A DNA stretch of 64,000 bases, from assembly GCF_902459465.1 (NCBI RefSeq), contig NC_047071.1, positions 4,030,001 through 4,094,000 of the forward strand, in the 5' to 3' direction. A program made the position numbers and the translations under genes. The notes below the pieces were generated by a model. It had not been told where the DNA came from. It saw only the letters and a list, made by a program, of their open reading frames with translations, and ran no database searches. This document shows, in pieces, positions 63,551-64,000 of this stretch. Positions within the stretch are counted from its first letter, which is position 1; every line of letters begins with the position of its first letter. The DNA comes from Asterias rubens (Eukaryota).

Positions 63551-63589
63551 GCCTGACGTTTCGACCCTAGCAGAGTCTTTCTCGAAGGC
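63551..63589 (-). ncRNA. Hammerhead-like motif with variant core (Penelope-like element type)
   Basis: The minus strand reads GCCT-TCGAGAA-A-GACTCT(GCT)AGGGTC-GAAA-CGT-C-AGGC. The geometry is that of a minimal hammerhead with a GUC triplet, but the core is UCGAGAA instead of CUGANGA. Confidence 0.5.
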
Positions 63590-64000
63590 TAAATGACAAC
63601 ACAACAAACATGAACAGGTAACTAAGTGAAACAAAAGCAGTGAAGTGGAAATACATGAATGGGGTTAGAGAGCATACATAAAAAAGCAGGGGGTAAACAA
63701 TGAATAGGGGGACAAAAAGGGGGGGGGGTGAAAGGAAGGGACTGGCTTGACCACAAGCAAGAAGATGAAAACACAAAGGACAACATCAAGGGTGGGGATT
63801 AGATTAGATTAGATTACATAATGAGCTGATTAGCAGTTAATCATATCCTAACACTAGGATAGATTACTGCATCTTGCTAAACATCTTGCTAATATCTTGC
63901 AATCAGCATGGATGCTTCTTCCTCCATGCAATCAGGGAGAAATTGAAAAAACCTGACACGCAAGGTCTGTCCGTTAATTTCAAAGTAAACATTGTGACAA

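Overview
This is AT-rich, intron-containing animal genomic DNA. It is probably an invertebrate deuterostome such as a sea star; the taxon is my inference and was not searched. I rebuilt four spliced genes exon by exon from GT-AG sites and reading phase. SKOR (Ski-family corepressor, +, 5 coding exons, about 708 aa) spans 20256-30216. OSTF1 (-, 8 exons, 216 aa) spans 35785-46197. VPS45 (+, 15 exons, 554 aa) spans 46854-56334 and is head-to-head with OSTF1. ADPGK (-, last 5 exons, 5' end outside the window) spans 59782-63336 and is tail-to-tail with VPS45. I recognised no known gene in the first 20 kb. The window is dense in non-autonomous DNA transposons (TTAA, CWG and AT target duplications), tRNA-derived SINEs and L2/CR1 fragments. 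The most interesting signals are: minimal hammerhead ribozyme motifs of the Penelope-element type, one intact and one with a variant core; an inverted MITE pair tightly flanking VPS45 exons 11-13 (circRNA geometry); MITEs carrying CTCF-like motifs; a candidate bidirectional poly(A) site; an orphan coding-like exon at 13843-13958; and gene linkage matching the human 1q21/9q21/15q paralogon. I found no evidence of a prokaryotic system, CRISPR array or autonomous transposon.
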